DNA from: Marsupella aquatica
Lineage: Eukaryota > Plantae > Marchantiophyta
Length of the DNA stretch: 64,000 nt
NCBI GenBank assembly: GCA_973895155.1
Contig: OZ316899.1
Coordinates: 15,651,974-15,715,973, forward strand
Reading direction: 5' to 3'
Numbering within the stretch: position 1 is the stretch's first letter; the number at the start of each line of letters is the position of its first letter. The notes under the pieces were generated by a model. That model was not told the origin of the DNA, searched no databases, and was given only the letters and a program-made list of their open reading frames with translations. Shown here piece by piece: positions 14,501-25,890 of the stretch. The position numbers were made by a program, and so were the translations under genes.

Positions 14501-15343
14501 AGTCCCAATGGCAACCTTACTCGATCGTCCTGAACCAATGTATAATTTGACCAACTCTGACATCCAATTGGACCGTTGGTAATAATCATAATGAGTTTTG
14601 GTCAATTTTGTTGATGGAGAATGTGAGACAAAACTCTCCTCAATTAAAACATCGCCATCACCTTGCTTCTTAGAGGAAGACTTTCTACCTTCATCAACAT
14701 TCCAACCTTTTTTATGAACATCGACCAAGTCCCAGAGAACCCATGAGTCTTTTGCCTCTTCAATTGTTTCAGCCCCATTGTGTATGTAAGGTAAAGCCTT
14801 ACTACCATGAATAACATCAGTGATTTTCACACTGATCCGAGACTCACCAAGTAATATGTTGTGACATCGGTCCTTTGGATTTACCTTGAAAATAACTCCA
14901 AGGGCTACACAACACCCATCAATGAGCATTTCAACCTCGTCCCCTTGCCTTAGAGTGTTTGATGCATCCTCCATAACAATTGTAGGAGATTTATCCAAGT
15001 TATTATCTGGTCGAGTTGAACAACTACCAGTACTGATGCATTTTTGGGAATCTAGAGTTATAGAGAGATACGTGCACGAGATCTCCCAAATAACACATGA
15101 GTCAATGGCATCAAAAAGATTTTCTACCCTTGGTAGTGGAAATGGTAGTTTTCGAGTTGGCTCAAAAACCTTCTCCACGAGCACACCAATTCGATTATCC
15201 CCCAACAATATGTTGTGCACCCTATCCTGGGGGTTAATTTTCTGAACTGTCCCACAACTGACATCATATCCATCAATTGTCAAGGTCACATCATCACCTC
15301 TTGAAAACCTTCCAGTCATTCTTGGATTTAGTAACCTGCACAA
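11528..15343 (-). pseudogene. Sola-like (DUF7869-type) DDD/E transposase with N-terminal Transposase_23/DUF8039-like repeats; one premature TGA at 12005-12007
   Basis: Motifs CIIHDKMDQ, LTLQMDNSAKDNKN and FLMVGHTHEDVDALFS, plus Cys-rich CCKHKC and CTLC. ORF 11528-11947 is in the same frame as 12005-15343, separated only by a TGA (likely CGA>TGA). Confidence 0.8.
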
Positions 15344-15439
15344 TTTTCAGAAAAACCATCACAAATCCGAATGACAAGAATTTGAAGAGACTCACAATTA
15401 TCCATACGGTCATTTGATTGCCATTCCGAGAATCCAAAC

Positions 15440-16860
15440 ATTGGCTCAACTATCACGCTTGGATTGGGGTGGTCCAAATCAAAACCATGAAGATTGTATT
15501 CCGAAGGTCAAATTTAAGCATCTCACTTGAATTGGGATCGTCCAAATCCAAACCAACCTCTATCCAACACACCCTCTTGGATTTGGATGGTCCGAATCCA
15601 AACCCAGATGGGATCCCAAAGGTCCCAATTCAACAAACGCGCTTGGATTGGGATGGTCCGAATCCAAACCCAGATTTTATTTCAAAGGTCCCAATTTGAG
15701 CACCGGGCTTGGATTCGGATGGTCCGAATCCAAAACCAGATTGTATTTCAAAGGTCCGAATCCAACCCACCATCTTGGATTCGGATGGTCTGAATCCAAA
15801 CACAGATTCTATCCCGAAGGTCCCAATTCAACAAACCGGCTTGGATTGGGATGGTGCGCGAATCCAAACCCAGATTGTATTTCAAAGGTCCCAATTTAAG
15901 CATCGGACTTGGATTCGGATGGTCCGAATCCAAAACCAGACTGTATTTCAAACGCCCAAATTCAACCATCTCGCTTGGATTGGGATGGTCCGAATCCAAA
16001 CCGAGATTGGATCCCAAAGGTCACAATTTAAGCATTGCACGCTTGGATTCGAATGGTCCGAATCCAACACACCCTCTTGGATTCGGACCATCCGAATCCA
16101 AAACCAGACTGTATTTAAAACGCCCAAATTCAACCATCTTTCTTGGATTGGGATGGTCCGAATCCAAACCGAGATTGGATCCCAAAGGCCACAATTTAAG
16201 CATTGCACGCTTGGATTCGGATGGTCCGAATCCAACACACCCTCTTGGATTCGGACCATCCGAATCCAACACACCCTCTTGGATTTGGACCATCCAAATC
16301 AAAAACCAGACTGTATTTCAAACGCCCAAATGCAACCATCTTGCTTGGATTGGGATGGTCCGAATCCAAACCGAGATTGGATCCCAAAGGTCACAATTTA
16401 AGCATTGCACGGTTGGATTCGGATGGTCCGAATCCAACACACCTCTTGGATTCGGACCATCCGAATCCAGCACACCCTCTTGGATTCGGACCATCCGAAT
16501 CCAAAACCAAACTGTATTTAAAACGCCCAAATTCAACCATCTCGCTTGGATTGGGATGGTCCGAATCCAAACCGAGATTGGATCCCAAAGGCCACAATTT
16601 AAGCATTGCACGCTTGGATTCGGATGGTCCGAATCCAACACACCCTCTTGGATTTGGACCATCCAAATCAAAAACCAGACTGTATTTCAAACGCCCAAAT
16701 TCAACCATCTCGCTTGGATTGGGATGGTCCGAATCCAAACCGAGATTGGATCCCAAAGGTCACAATTTAAGCATTGCACGGTTGGATTCGGATGGTCCCA
16801 ATCCTAGAAATGGATTGGATTCGGATCATCCGAATCCAAACAACAATCTAGGATTAGGAC
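15440..16860. repeat. Array of palindromes TTGGATT(C/G)GGA-NNN-TCCGAATCCAA in higher-order units
   Basis: Dozens of 25-bp palindromes with 11-bp arms, separated by recurring spacers (aaccagactgtatttcaaacgcccaaattcaacc; accgagattggatcccaaaggtcacaatttaagc). Confidence 0.95.
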
Positions 16861-17609
16861 CATTATAATCCACACATCAAGTCTGGATTCAAATGGTCTA
16901 ACTCCACAATGAAGATTATGTTGAGATGGATATATTGAGATTGAGATCTCTTCCTAATCAAATTTAGACATTCCGGGTTTTTCGGAACATTGGGTAATTC
17001 GTGAAATAATAATTGGGAAGTCACTAGAATGCAGAACAAAGTGAAAGGGTTCGTCTCTCTTCCCTAAGAACTCAAAATAAGCAAAGCGACTAAGACCATA
17101 ACTCACCTCAGCAGTCTTGTTTTTCCAGTATGTCTCCAAGGTTGGCTCTGCTACCTCTAAATTGATGAATAAGTTCATATCAAACTGACTAAGAAAGCTA
17201 TCAAAGCCACTTCAAGTCTAAACTCCATCAGAGAGAAGAGCTGAGGAGGAGTTGCGCAGACCTGGATGCCCAAGTGAAGATATGAAACTAAAACAACAAT
17301 GATGTCCGTAGAGTACCTCTTATACTCATGGGTTGGTATGTTTGGCCCTGAATGTGCGATCCAATAAGGTTGAGGCAACACTGAGTATCGCGGTTAGAAC
17401 AATCATCCAATCCTTTTTCAATCCATTGTGTCAGACAATACAGCTAGCGTCCCACCCAAACTGATAGGACCAGATCCCTTCTTGGTCTCTATCCGTACAG
17501 AGATGATCCGTACAGAGATGATCCGTGCAGCGATCATCCGTACGCAAACAAGCCTTTCAGGAGGGGGTAAAGGGAGTACGAGGTCTTCCACAGACCTCAT
17601 TGTTGTTTT

Positions 17610-17715
17610 GCTCTCTGTCGCTCCTCACTCTCGCTCCTCCCTCTCGCTCCTCACTCTCGCTCCTCCCTCTCGCTCCTCGCTCTAGCTCCTCATTCTCGCT
17701 CCTCGCTCTCGCTCT
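17610..17715. repeat. CTCG/CTC pyrimidine microsatellite between the divergent genes
   Basis: ctcgctcctc-type low-complexity run upstream of ATG 17844. Confidence 0.7.
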
Positions 17716-17843
17716 TGGCTGGCTGCCGCCGCTATCCCTTGCCCTTGCCCTAATTGCCTTCTTGCCCTAATCTGCTGCAACGCCCTAGATCTTGCCCATC
17801 TTGACGTGTCCTCAATATATCCTGCCACGTGTCACTCCTAAAA

Positions 17844-20800
17844 ATGGAAGTTGCCAAGAAAACCGTCATCGTCCTGCTCGCCGAAGAATCTGATGACTTG
17901 GATCTCTCCTCTGTCGGTGATCTTGTGGCCCTAGCGCTTAGGGATTCCCAAGAATTTCAATCTCAAGTCCAAAGTAAGTTTCCGGAGGTTTATTCATGCA
18001 TCTTAAGTTGTTGGATTCGGATGGTCCGAATCCAAGAGCGTTGTTTGGATTCGGACCATCCGAATCCAAGTGGGTTGTTTGGATTTGGATGGTCTAAATC
18101 TAAGAGGGTTGTTTAAATTTGGACCATCCAAATCCAAGAGGGTTGTTTGGATTCGGACCATCCGAATCCAAGTGGGTTGTTTGGATTCGGATGGTCCGAA
18201 TCCAAGTGGCTTGATTGGATTCGGATGGTCTGAATCCAAGAGGGTTGTTTGGATTCGGACCATCCGAATCCAAGTGGGTTGTTTGGATTTGGATGGTCCG
18301 AATCCAAGTGGCTTGATTGGATTCAGATGGTCCGAATCTAAGAGGGTTGTTTGGATTCGGACCATCCGAATCCAAGTGGGCTTCTTGTATTGGATTCGGA
18401 TGGTCCGAATCCAAGAGCCCTCAATCTCACTTTGACAGTGATTTCTTAAAACAAATTTCATGGATTTCAAGTCTAATATGAATTTTCACTCTCCAATGCA
18501 GAGAGTGATCTGGTGAATACAACTCTCGCCATTTCAGAGGCAGACTGCGACGATGGGCTCATTTTGGAGGACCGCGATCCAGGATTTCGGTGGGGACTTG
18601 AGTTCTCGCGAGTTAACTTCCGCCTGAATTCATTTAACATTCAGGATCCAGTGTTATGTGTCAAGATCAGGACAGGCAACAACCAAACATTGGTCATCGG
18701 ACCCGTGGTCTCTGTGGGAATGATAGGAAGAGGAATGAATACTATCATTGTAGAGGTGTCGGACACGATGAGGTGGGCAAAGTTGCAGCTCCCCACAAAG
18801 GCTTTCTCGGCCGAGTTCAATGTGGAATGGTATGCAAGTGGGGAATTAAGTGTGTTGTCGATGGGATTCTTTCCAAAATCCTACACAAAGGAGAAGATTA
18901 TTGGAGGACTGAAGGGAATGCTTCCTTTGGACATTTTTTATGGGTTTCTTTATTTGAAACTCAAAATTGTAAACAACCCATCAAAGTTCTCTCTTCCATC
19001 CACATGGACTCTTAACAATTTGCTTGAGAAAGCAGGTCTGGTGTCACCAGACTCAAATGTTTGGATCGCCAAGGCACTAGCCTTTGCACACACGCTTGAC
19101 CTGGAAAAAGCAAATCTATGGGTAGAGTCTTTGGTGAAGTTGAGAAAAAGTACACAACCACAGAAAATAATTGAGTCTACGCCAGCCAAAGGAACTCCAG
19201 CAACTACGACGGAGACAGCACAAACTACTGCAGCAACAACCATGGATAGAGCGGCAGGCAAGCGAAAGCAGAGGGAGAAGAAGCTTCTGGTTGAGAAACC
19301 TACTTCAGTTGAGAAGAAGATCACGGCTCCAACCGAGAAGAAGAAGCTTCCAGCCGAGAAGAAGAAGCTTCCAGCCGAGAAGAAGTCGAGGGAGAAGAAG
19401 AAACAAAAACCCGACACCGGAGTTGTGAATTCAACTCCTATAGAATTTTCATTACATGCTGAAGATGAGGGTGATAGGCCACATGCTCCAGAGGAGAAAG
19501 ACGTCTTAGAAGGGAATGAAGTTCTTCAACAAATGGAGCAGTACTATACTTTTGGGATAAACGAAATTTTTCTGATCCCAGTTGAAAGTATTTTTGCCGC
19601 ACCAGCGAGACTATGCTATCGGATGATGAATTTTGATCATGTGCAAGACATTGCTGATTCCATGATCAAAACACCTGGGCATGAGCCACATGTCGCTGAT
19701 TTGATTCCTTTTAACGTCGAGCGAAGAAAGGTACTCCACTTTGAGAATACGGAGTCAGACCGGAAGGATTTTTTGGCCGGAGTGAAAAAGGGCGAGGTCC
19801 AATTTCTAGCCGTTAGTGGTCAGCACTCTGCGAGAGCTGCGAGATGGATTCGTGATTGGGCAACGAAGGATGCCAAGCTCACCCAGTTGGCCAAGAAGTT
19901 AGAATTTAGGAAATCCAGAATATTGTCTGATCGCACACCGTCTTCAATTCTTGTTGAGCACTCCATGAGATCGAACGCCATCAATAGCACGATGGTGTTT
20001 CAGTCTTGCTTTAAAGATATAGTTGTCCATGCGAGGCGGCAGTTTGTTGAATGTGGAAATCCAGACAAACCAAAACATGGCGACAACAAAACAAATGCTC
20101 AAGACAACCAAAAATTTCAGGTAAGAAATGTGATTACTTTGTATGCATTTCTCTACCATAGAGAGTAATTCTATTTTGGATTCGGATGGTCTCAGTCCGA
20201 CACGATTTATCAAAGAGTATTGGAACTTTTGGAATGTTTAGTACGAGTTTTGTTTTTGATTGAGACCATCCGAATCCAAAACTATTATCGCACATTAGAA
20301 TCCTTTTTTTCCAACCCTTGCGTTGGGGATAACTGACTAGCTTTCCTTTTGGATTGTAGGATTGGTTGGCTCTGGCAAGAATGACTATGGGCAGGAAGGA
20401 CTTGCAAAATGTATACTGGCTACTTTTTGCGGACAACGATCTTTTTGAGTTGTGGCGGTTAGTCTGTGAGATGTGGTTGCATGGGAAACTTCCTGATGGA
20501 GCTGGGATGGAAGGAAATAACAAGTCCGAAAAAGCAATTACCGTTGCCATGTTTTGTCCCTTTGATGGTGAGTTGATCTCACAGAAAGACATCACAAAAA
20601 TCCTGACACAAGTGAAGTCAGGAAAGGCATTGCTGAAGAAAGATGCCACAAATAAATCTGACATACCCTCAATAGAGGAGCTTGCGAAGGATGTGAAAAA
20701 AGTGAGGAAGCTCAAGTCTCTCATTGAGGAGTACTACTTCGGCAAGGATCCAAGGAATTTCCCTTCGGATACCGACTGGAAGAAAGTTGTAGAGGTTCTG

Positions 20801-22735
20801 CCATTGTTGAGTGTTGACGCAGAATTCAGTAGATGCAGAAGAGCAGCTGGTGAAGTTTTTCTGTCAAATCTGTTGAAGCCAAATCATACCAGGGAGAGTG
20901 CAATCTTGCCAATAGCTCTGGTGATGCGCCTTGATGACATTTATTGCCAGAAGTTTGGCGGAGGGACACATTCTCGGAGCCAACCGTGGGTCACGTTCTT
21001 TAGTGACAATCTAATGAAAACAGTTGATCCACCAGCAATAGAAGAATCATCTCCAACGTGCTCACTTGCCATTGTTGACTTCAGTCGAGATCACCAAAAG
21101 CTGTGGACGGAAGCAGAAGTTTTGGTCTTTCTGCAATACATTGTGGAGCTACCACGAAATCTTACAATCGTTGTAGCCATAACTGTTCATCCGGGGCCTC
21201 TTGCAATGAATGTCCTAAGCTCACTTCAAAAATTGGGACAAGAGAAATCTCTCACCATTCACATTGAGTATGGGAGTTATTCTCGAGAGGATCAACCGCA
21301 CCCGCTTGATTCGTGTTGGGGAGGCGGAATTGAAGAAGTTATATTCGCAGGAATTTCTCGAGATGAAAATGTGAATTGGAATGATGTTTTCAAACCCAAT
21401 CACCCAAAGCCAAAATTCTTTTTTGGTTCAAAAGATACTGATTTTGAGGTCACCAAGATTGACACTGGGAAGGCAAAGGTTGACACAGACGACGTGTCAA
21501 AACCCGAAGATCTAAAAATGATGCTGACCCCAGAAGAGGCGACCAAGGTTTTGCACATGGCCCCTCGATTTGAGATAGTTGGTGCTCGTGGTGGTTGGGT
21601 GAATCCACATGCCAAACCCACGCGGATGATACAGAGGATTATTGAATCCTTGTCAGAAGCTGGAGACTTGATTCTTGATTTTTTCTCGGGTGGTCAAGTG
21701 ATGAAGACAACATTCTTGGTGCAACGCAAATGCTTTGTTTATTGTGACTCTCAAGATGAGAGACACTTTGTGGAAGCGTATGCTTCATTCCTTTGCGAGA
21801 GGGTCCCCTCAATCAATGAAAATTGGGATCCTCGTGGTGGGAGTTCTAGGCATTGGAAACCCACTATTGCGGATGTTTCTGCCGAACATGAATCAGCTGA
21901 TAATTCTGAAGAAGTGGGCGCTAAGTCAGTCAAAGATGATGGGGCATCAGAGGTGGCGTATGCAAAGAATTTGGATGACCGTGTAGGTCAAAGTGAAAGC
22001 ATAGAACCCTACGATGTTGATGATAATGTTGGTCTTGCACCACGCCCTTCATCACGTGCAGATGACGTCCCTTTGGAACCCTATGAAGTTGAGGTTGATG
22101 ACAACTTGGACAAGGATGGTCTCAATCCAAATGTGGTGCAACGAGAAACGGACAAAATTGGTGATCCGATTGACATTGATACATTTGAAAATCGTTCGTC
22201 AACCAATTTGGTCGCGGACGGTGGAGACAGACAGGTCAATTCGAATGAAGCTGACACCCAAAATTTGATTCCCGGGATGGCTGTCGAAGTGCGTGAGATT
22301 CCCATGACCCCAGAAGCCCGTGCATCAGCGACTGTTGACAACCAGGCAAGTGCTTCAATTTGTCCTGACACACTCTTTTCAGCTTCTGATGACAAATTGG
22401 TTTTTGTTCCTTCACACTCGGGAAGTCCAGTTGTCCTTCCTCTCTCAAAGAAAAAAGGGAATAGAGTTGGACCAACCGGATGGAGGTCACTTGAACGTGA
22501 TGCACGATGTTATGTGTGGAAAAGTGGGCCAAATAGAGGCCAAGAAGTTTCATTGGATGCTGCTCCATCGATTCTTAACAGGAAGGAGTATAAGAGAGGA
22601 GAATTGGGATTGATAACTCCTGTTTGGACGTCACCTTATTGGGTAGAACAAAGTACTTCAGATGTCAATTTTGAAATCCAAGAGGAGCTGGGTGTTGATA
22701 TTATTGATGAATACGGATCTCTTTTTTCAGACTGA
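17844..22735 (+). CDS. Intact 3-exon, 1374-aa ParB/Srx-like domain + N4/N6 (beta-class) DNA methyltransferase-like protein
   Basis: Exons 17844-17973, 18502-20120 and 20360-22735 join in frame at GT-AG (4125 nt). ParB-like: IPVESI...YRMMNFDHVQDIADSM...FLAVSGQHSARAA. MTase C-terminal motifs: NPHAKPTRMIQRIIESLSEAGDLILDFFSGG...QRKCFVYCD. The expected DPPY position reads AIVDFSR (degenerate). Confidence 0.75.
18011..18414. repeat. Intronic array of 12 palindromes with ~34-bp period
   Basis: 25-bp TTGGATTCGGA(TGG/CCA)TCCGAATCCAA plus a 9-bp spacer, lying wholly inside intron 17974-18501. Confidence 0.95.
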
Positions 22736-22796
22736 GATCAAACCGTCTGACTTTCCATTTTTTCATACCAATCTAAAATACTTCTCGGTCTCACAG

Positions 22797-24008
22797 AATG
22801 CGGTCAGCAATTAGAGCCTCGATATCCACCTACGCTCTTTGGGGCTTCTAAAAATGGTATGTAGGTTTTCTTTGTTGTTAGTCATTGTCTTGTATTTTTG
22901 GACTGAGACAGTCTCAGTCCAAAGTTCAAATTTGGTTTTCTTTCTAAGAGTTGTATTTGTTGCACTTGCAGAATCGAGACCTTGTCCCATCAAGCGGAAG
23001 TTGCTGATTTTGGATCTTAACAAAATACTTTGGGATTCACTTGAATTCCAAAGCAAGGGCAAATCCAGAAACATTGTGACCCCAAATGGAGTGCATTGGG
23101 ATAGATCAAATGGAACTAGTCGCATGTATACACAGAGGCCAGGGTTCCATGAGTTTCTAAAGTTGGTTTTTGACCGGTTTGACGTTGCAATTTGGACATG
23201 TGCTGGGATACCACGGACAGTGAAAATGTTGAACATGATGTTCACTGTTGAGGAGCGGTTGAAACTGAAGTTTGTATTCACACAGGTGGAAGCCTTTGAC
23301 ACAGGCATTCAAAGGCGTGACATTACAAATGGAAAGGCAAATGTGCTATTGAAGGATTTTCGGGTGGTATGGAGTGCATTTGGAAATCTATATGATGAAA
23401 CCAACACACTCCTTGTGGATGACTCCCCCTTGAAGGCATTTGCCAACCCAGACATGACCGGACTATTTCCAGTGCCCTACACGCATGCCAATCGTGGAGA
23501 CAATTTTCTTCTAACAATTCTTTGGCCATGTCTTGAGAAACTGTCACATGCAAGTGACATTCGTTGTTATCTTCTCCTAAACTCTCCAAAGTGGTCTCTA
23601 TTGCACATTAAGAGAGACAAGGCAAAAAATGAGATTACTTATGATCAACTTAGTAAGAGATGTGCAGCAAAAATTTGGAAGTCACAGTATAGGCATAGTG
23701 TGCTGGACCTCAATAGCAATGAGATTCCTTGGGCTGTGAAGCACCGTATATGTAGCTTACGTCCTGAGGTGGAACTTGACGATGCACTTGTCACCTCACT
23801 TGCTAGATCATTTGTAGGATGGGAATATTCAGGTCTGTATAGAGAAAATCCCAGACACTTTTTGCGGGAGATTATAGCAGTTAGGAACAACACCACCAAA
23901 TTTCATCTCCCTGAAGATAAAGGGAGTTGCAACCGTGACATTAGGGTAGATAGTAAAGGAGACAAGGGCACGTGCTCAAATAAATATTGTAAGGAGCACT
24001 TTGTTTAG
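22797..24008 (+). CDS. FCP1/NIF-like HAD phosphatase domain protein (DxD motif reads DLN); possibly spliced to the upstream gene
   Basis: KLLILDLNKIL, QRPGFHEFLKLVFDRFDVAIWT, LLKDF, TLLVDDSPLKAFANP. An in-frame 60-nt mini-exon (22797-22856) splices to 22972. Confidence 0.8.
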
Positions 24009-24265
24009 AGATCTGACTCATGTTAAGCCCATTAGATAGTAAAAATGGGTGCCAGCCCTGGATATTCATTGTAAGTTTGGACACAATTGTATATAATTAT
24101 TTCACACATTATCAATCAATGGTCCTTGCCTAGGCTTCTTTGTGCGTAAATGTTTTTACAAGTATGATCTCTATCCCATGGTTCTTTGTGAACTAATAAG
24201 TAATATAATACTATTATAATTAATATAATATAATATATTAATATAATACTAATAAGATTTGGCCT

Positions 24266-24326
24266 ATAAAGTGTACATTTAGATATCAAAAAGTGTACAT
24301 TTGGGGACATAAAAGTGTACATTTCA
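24266..24326. repeat. Right subterminal repeats (3 x AAAGTGTACATTT)
   Basis: Same motif and same strand orientation as the left array. Confidence 0.85.
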
Positions 24327-25464
24327 GGACTGATTTGTGAACAAAAGAAAATACACTTTTAATGAATAGGCTGATTTGTGGCTTGTGGCACAGGTCGATC
24401 TCAAAGACAAGTGGCGGAATTTGGAGAAGTCCTCTCACGACGATTGACTAGCTATGGCCATACTGGACAGGGGATATATGGCTTGTACATGATTTCAGAG
24501 CTGCTTTGTTGCCATCAATTACACACATAATATATATAATTAATATATATACACACACAAGAAGTGAGCTCCGATTGCACGAGTGATGCATCGTTTGCCT
24601 CTATATATCTCCGAGGCGGTGAGGTAGAGCACACAGGTTCGTGTCTGGAATGCTCCATAAAACAACCTTTGCAGCATCACAATATAGGATGTTTGTTAGG
24701 ATTGGATTGGGCTTTGGCCGGTCGTGTGCACCAACTCAATCTGGTCGGGAGAGTGGTCAGGAGAGATCACTCGAGCAGGCAAGTGTGGGTTTCTAGGTAG
24801 GTGGCATGGCACTATCTTCCCTTACCAGGAGTTCGCCTATCGGCTTAGTTATGCAATATAACAATTGAATTGCAATCTACCTATATATACATTTCTTTTT
24901 GTTTTTTGTTTAATTCAAGCGCGCCTTCTCGTCTCCTTCCAGGCTGCCCTTTCGGTATTTGGTTTCACAATATTCAGTTTGACAATGTCAAGTTAATTCA
25001 TCCATTTTGAACAATAATGCTGGGCCTGGATGGGATGAGCCAATTTATCAGCCTAAAAAGCTTGACACCACCCCCATCCTATCAACGTCGCATCTGAACC
25101 GCAAAATCCAACATCCTTCAACTCTTTTCCTCAAACGTCAACCCATGGTCATAATCTGCATCCAGAGAGGTACTTGCGCATGACGACAGAAGGTACAAGG
25201 CCAAACGCACTTGTGCTTCATTCGCTCACCCCAAAACCCTGAATACATGCTCTCATCCGCCCTAACCAAAGCCTGGCCGATTTCATTTGATGTCCCAATT
25301 CATTGACCTACCACAGGCTAGTAACTCAATTCCGATGATGATATTGTACTACATAATCATGCTGCCTACAAAACAAAAATTCTGCACGACTGTCGGGTAG
25401 AGCCCTAGCTGATCAAAATACCTCCCCAACAACACATATCCTTGCTTAACAGATGTTGTTGTAG

Positions 25465-25710
25465 GCTCTACGTGATAGTCGTGCAACGGCGAGGTTGAAG
25501 GCAGGGTGGCGGAGTTGATGTGAGGGGGGTTAGGGAAGAAGGCCCCAGTGCTATCCGGGCTCGTGATGCCGTCACGTTTCAAGAATGGCTGAGATCAATT
25601 TACGTACCTTTTAATGTGGTTCATTTGTATTTTCATGGTGGGAGAGTCTTTTTCGGTCACTGGTGGCAAAACGACCACAAAGATCGGGCATTCCGGTTTT
25701 GGGGTGTGTG
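25465..25710. repeat. Dispersed, diverged partial monomer of the 50.6-56.1 kb satellite
   Basis: gggaagaaggccccagtgctatccgggctc...tttgtattttcatgg...gtctttttcgg matches the satellite units. Confidence 0.75.
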
Positions 25711-25822
25711 AATCACATCAGTTCTATTCCGTTCCGGAAAGTAAAAACCATGGTGGGATTCATCCCGAAGTGCAGCCACTCACACAACAGTATTGTAGAG
25801 CAAACCGGATGTCCTTGACTGA

Positions 25823-25890
25823 AGGACAAAACATCAATAACAGGACAAAACATCAATAACAGGACAAAACATCAATAACAGGACAAAACA
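25823..25890. repeat. 19-bp tandem repeat, ~3.5 copies
   Basis: aggacaaaacatcaataac repeated. Confidence 0.85.

Larger units (their letters stand above)
10966..24375. mobile_element. Complete 13,410-bp DNA transposon (Sola-like/DUF7869-type transposase) inserted in the last intron of the telobox gene
   Basis: Perfect 26-bp TIRs ATCAGCCTATTCATTAAAAGTGTATT (10966-10991 and 24350-24375). TTGT on both flanks (10962-10965, 24376-24379) is a 4-bp TSD. Removing the element leaves a 93-bp GT-AG intron. Confidence 0.92.
8837..24447 (+). pseudogene. Spliced gene: N-terminal plant-transposon accessory (PMD/Transposase_32-like) domain + C-terminal TRF-like telobox Myb domain; probably pseudogenised
   Basis: Exons 8837-10013, 10319-10641, 10820-10886 and 24394-24447 join at canonical GT-AG sites in frame, giving RRWTEEEEQCLRSGLNRFGKGKWNIISKASLDILKGRTE|VDLKDKWRNLEKSSHDD* (telobox signature LKDKWRN). 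Exon 1 has a frameshift near 9575 and an in-frame TAG near 9711. The N-terminus (HAEYLQQTGL...DMIQFIQNYD...VRGHPIDLSMENIRKTFRL) resembles the gypsy accessory ORFs in this window. Confidence 0.8.

Noticed and set aside
15418-16868. Many overlapping 60-318 aa ORFs (WIRMVRIQ / GFGWSES / DSDGPNP repeats)
   Set aside because: They are translations of the palindrome array in all six frames, not proteins.
18011-18414. CRISPR-like regularly spaced palindromes
   Set aside because: Spacers are only 9 bp and recurrent, there are no cas genes, and the array is inside a spliceosomal intron.
17844-24008. Bacterial or phage contamination (ParB-methylase)
   Set aside because: The genes have in-frame GT-AG introns and lie within TIRs and a TSD inside a eukaryotic intron.
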